A stretch of DNA of 37,165 nt from a virus (taxonomy: Duplodnaviria > Caudoviricetes), in the IMG/VR virus record IMGVR_UViG_3300029822_000036, positions 1 to 37,165 of that record; one strand, written 5' to 3'. Both the position numbers and the translations under genes were made by a program. How positions within the stretch are numbered: the stretch's first letter is position 1; the number at the start of each line of letters is the position of its first letter. The notes beneath the pieces are model-generated. The model made no database searches, was not told where the DNA came from, and worked only from the letters and a program-made list of their open reading frames with translations. Shown one piece after another: positions 34,918 to 37,165 of the stretch.

Positions 34918-35205
34918 ATGATGACAAAAGAAAAAACTGATCTATTTAAACAGGCGCTGGTAGATTTCATCAAATTACCGGGAGAAGTGAGCGGGGCATA
35001 TGATCCCTGGCATCACACCGATATTAACCAGTTACTATGGAGCACATTGCATGAGTTGGATCTGGTTAATGAACAGCCGGAAGAATACGACTACTTGAGC
35101 AAAAAGAAATTCGCTGAACTAAAAACATCCTGCAAACGATATATCCGCAAATACCGGGAACACTGCTCAATACCAGAAGAAAAGAAGATCTACGATAAGA
35201 TCTAG
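34918..35205 (+). CDS. Small hypothetical protein
   Basis: Has its own promoter and RBS AAGGGGA. Confidence 0.72.
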   Translation: MMTKEKTDLFKQALVDFIKLPGEVSGAYDPWHHTDINQLLWSTLHELDLVNEQPEEYDYLSKKKFAELKTSCKRYIRKYREHCSIPEEKKIYDKI

Positions 35206-35273
35206 TATCCTTTCCCCCTGGTGGATGAGATTCCCACCAGGGGGGAATAAGCAAGGGAAAGGAGGAAAATAGA

Positions 35274-35468
35274 ATGAACTATACCATAACTCGAATCGAC
35301 AAAAGGACAGACGAATCAGAAGTGATAGCCCAGGCAGTCCGGCTTTCTATAGCCCTGGATATCCTGACCGGGCTAAGGCTTTACGCAGATAGATGTAGGA
35401 AACCGTTTTACGAATATACAATCTACGATGAACGGCTAAAAGAAATCTGCTACAATACTCAGGAATAA
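35274..35468 (+). CDS. Small hypothetical protein
   Basis: RBS AAGGAGG; followed by a hairpin and T tract at ~35481..35502. Confidence 0.72.
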   Translation: MNYTITRIDKRTDESEVIAQAVRLSIALDILTGLRLYADRCRKPFYEYTIYDERLKEICYNTQE

Positions 35469-35557
35469 GCCCTAGAATCCAGCCCTCCGGGGTTATTTTT
35501 TTACAATAAATTTTACAAACGTATTAGAAAAAATCATTAATAAATAAGAAGGCATCT

Positions 35558-35583
35558 AAGCCGGGGACTAAGCCCCGGCTTTT
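35558..35583. terminator. Hairpin between convergent transcription units
   Basis: AAGCCGGGG-ACTAAG-CCCCGGCTT. Confidence 0.65.
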
Positions 35584-35584
35584 G

Positions 35585-35854
35585 CTATTTTGTGACCTGG
35601 TAGACAAACCGCTCTATAATCGCGTCCAGTTTCTGTTTGCTGAGAAAAGGGAATTTCTTGACCAGTTGGTCCAGCACCCACTCTTTTTTCTGGACCCCCT
35701 GGTCTTTGCCGAACACCATCTCAGCCGCCGCCACCAAAGTTACCACCTCTTCTTGCATGCTGTACTTGCGAATTAAGCCAACCAAGAAAAGCCCCAGGGT
35801 TATGAGCACCCCGTAAAACAGAGATTCCAATGCTAGTAATCCAATAGCTTCCAT
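35585..35854 (-). CDS. Putative holin (LL-H-like)
   Basis: N-terminal TM helix, LVAAAE...G..KK and IE..V; adjacent to the amidase. Confidence 0.7.
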   Translation of the reverse strand: MEAIGLLALESLFYGVLITLGLFLVGLIRKYSMQEEVVTLVAAAEMVFGKDQGVQKKEWVLDQLVKKFPFLSKQKLDAIIERFVYQVTK

Positions 35855-35867
35855 AACATCTACCTCC

Positions 35868-36602
35868 CTATATTATTGTTGCGGTTCTAGTGTTCGCATC
35901 CCACCCAACCTGCCTATCTATGGCGGCAGCAATCTCTTTAATCTGCACATAACCTGTACCGTTGACTATCATAACTGGTAGTTTATAGAACCCCAAGACT
36001 ACGGAGTTAGTCCCAGCGTCCCACCCATAAGGAATGTTCAGAATGGTCAAGACCTCGCGAGCAGATACCATCGTCCGACCATTGTAAATGAAACCCTTTA
36101 GCACCTGGCCGCCTACAACCGCATTAACCGAAGGATAATTGGGTGTAGTATTCCCCGATGCCACCATTTGCCGAACCTTGTCCATCGGGAACATGTCTCC
36201 CGGGCAAGCCGAGGCACCCACGTCCCGATGTCCCTGGATAAGCAACACACCGTATTTCCCAAATAAGTAAAGGATGAGCTCCTTTAAAGCCTGCATCTGC
36301 GCGTCCGTCGGCAGACTATTCATGAAATTGCCTGCAAGACAAACACCAATGCCAGAAGAATTGCCGAAAGGGCCGCTATGCGAACCGATAACATTATCGG
36401 GCCGCCCCGTTTCGATTAAGCCATTTGTCCTGATTAGGTAATGGTATCCGATACCCATCCAGCCTCTGCCCAGGTGCCATTGATGCACTGTTGCGGCACT
36501 AACGTCCCCATTGCTTGCCGCGTGATGAATTACTATGCGCTCCGTTTTCCTGCGCGGCGTAAACTTATTGGTGAATTTTAACCCAGGGTCTACTATCTGC
36601 AT
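35868..36602 (-). CDS. Endolysin, N-acetylmuramoyl-L-alanine amidase (Amidase_2) with C-terminal cell-wall domain
   Basis: IVIHHAA, GIGYHYLI and GHRDVGASACPG; C-terminal GRTMVSARE...WDA.T repeats. Confidence 0.92.
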   Translation of the reverse strand: MQIVDPGLKFTNKFTPRRKTERIVIHHAASNGDVSAATVHQWHLGRGWMGIGYHYLIRTNGLIETGRPDNVIGSHSGPFGNSSGIGVCLAGNFMNSLPTDAQMQALKELILYLFGKYGVLLIQGHRDVGASACPGDMFPMDKVRQMVASGNTTPNYPSVNAVVGGQVLKGFIYNGRTMVSAREVLTILNIPYGWDAGTNSVVLGFYKLPVMIVNGTGYVQIKEIAAAIDRQVGWDANTRTATII

Positions 36603-36617
36603 GTTTAAAACTCCTTT

Positions 36618-37070
36618 CTAGTTGTCATTCTGATTGAGTTCTTCTTCGGATATTTCAGTCTTAGTTTCAGCAGGGTTGGCGTAATTACCATATCCAAACA
36701 TTGAGCCAACGCTGCTCATCGCCCCCCCTAAAATAGGAGGTAATAAACCTACCATTCGCATCTGTTTACCTAAAAGGCTCGTTCCACCGGCAATAAACGC
36801 ACCGGTTGATAGCCAGCCCAACCAGGGGTTTTGCCACCAATGCCAGCCCAGCAAGGTAAATATATCGAAGTGTCCTTGCCAACATAGCATACCAGCAATC
36901 CCGACCAATAAAACATAAGTAACGCAATTTTCACTTTTGCCCGGTAGAAAAGCGAGTATTTGTTTTAAAAATATGACCATACGGTCCACTACTGGGGCAA
37001 GCATAATCATGGATAAGATTCCCAATAATACCTGTTCGCCTACTCCCATTCCTCCATACATTCGCCTCAC
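36618..37070 (-). CDS. Multi-pass membrane protein, holin-like
   Basis: Three hydrophobic segments; located immediately upstream of the endolysin. Confidence 0.6.
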   Translation of the reverse strand: MRRMYGGMGVGEQVLLGILSMIMLAPVVDRMVIFLKQILAFLPGKSENCVTYVLLVGIAGMLCWQGHFDIFTLLGWHWWQNPWLGWLSTGAFIAGGTSLLGKQMRMVGLLPPILGGAMSSVGSMFGYGNYANPAETKTEISEEELNQNDN

Positions 37071-37165
37071 CCCGCCCTGCTTCTAAAGAGTTGTGGTCCA
37101 AAACACAAATAAAATTAACCCTAACCAAAATGTTGGGTGTGTCACGATGACTCCCAATGTGTTCC

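Noticed and set aside
1-37165. tRNA, rRNA, integrase or transposase genes
   Set aside because: None were recognisable by eye; a tRNAscan/Infernal run would be needed to exclude small RNAs.

Overview
This window is the early/replication arm of a tailed dsDNA phage (or prophage) of a low-GC Gram-positive (Bacillota/Clostridia-like) host. The host assignment rests on strong GGAGG ribosome-binding sites, sigma-A-type promoters and an amidase with a clostridial-type cell-wall domain. Minus-strand packaging-associated genes (terS-like, HNH) lie at the left edge and minus-strand lysis genes at the right edge. The plus strand carries a self-sufficient replisome (SNF2 helicase, sigma factor, primase, initiator, DnaB-like helicase, beta clamp, split UDG-exonuclease/PolA, DnaX clamp loader) and a recombination module (UvsY-like, SSB, RecA, resolvase, split SbcC plus SbcD). 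It also carries a 7-deazaguanine DNA-modification cluster (queD, queE, SAM methyltransferase, folE, dpdA-like; no queC in the window) and mosaic accessory regions with several gene remnants. The two most unusual signals are: (1) a DnaX intein whose endonuclease is not in frame but is a separate, fully nested +1-frame gene with its own RBS and a candidate -10 box, overlapping the intein's C-terminal splicing region; (2) four ~50-aa paralogous mini-genes around the dpdA-like gene that look like alternative versions of its missing N-terminal module. All product calls come from motif recognition, not database searches.
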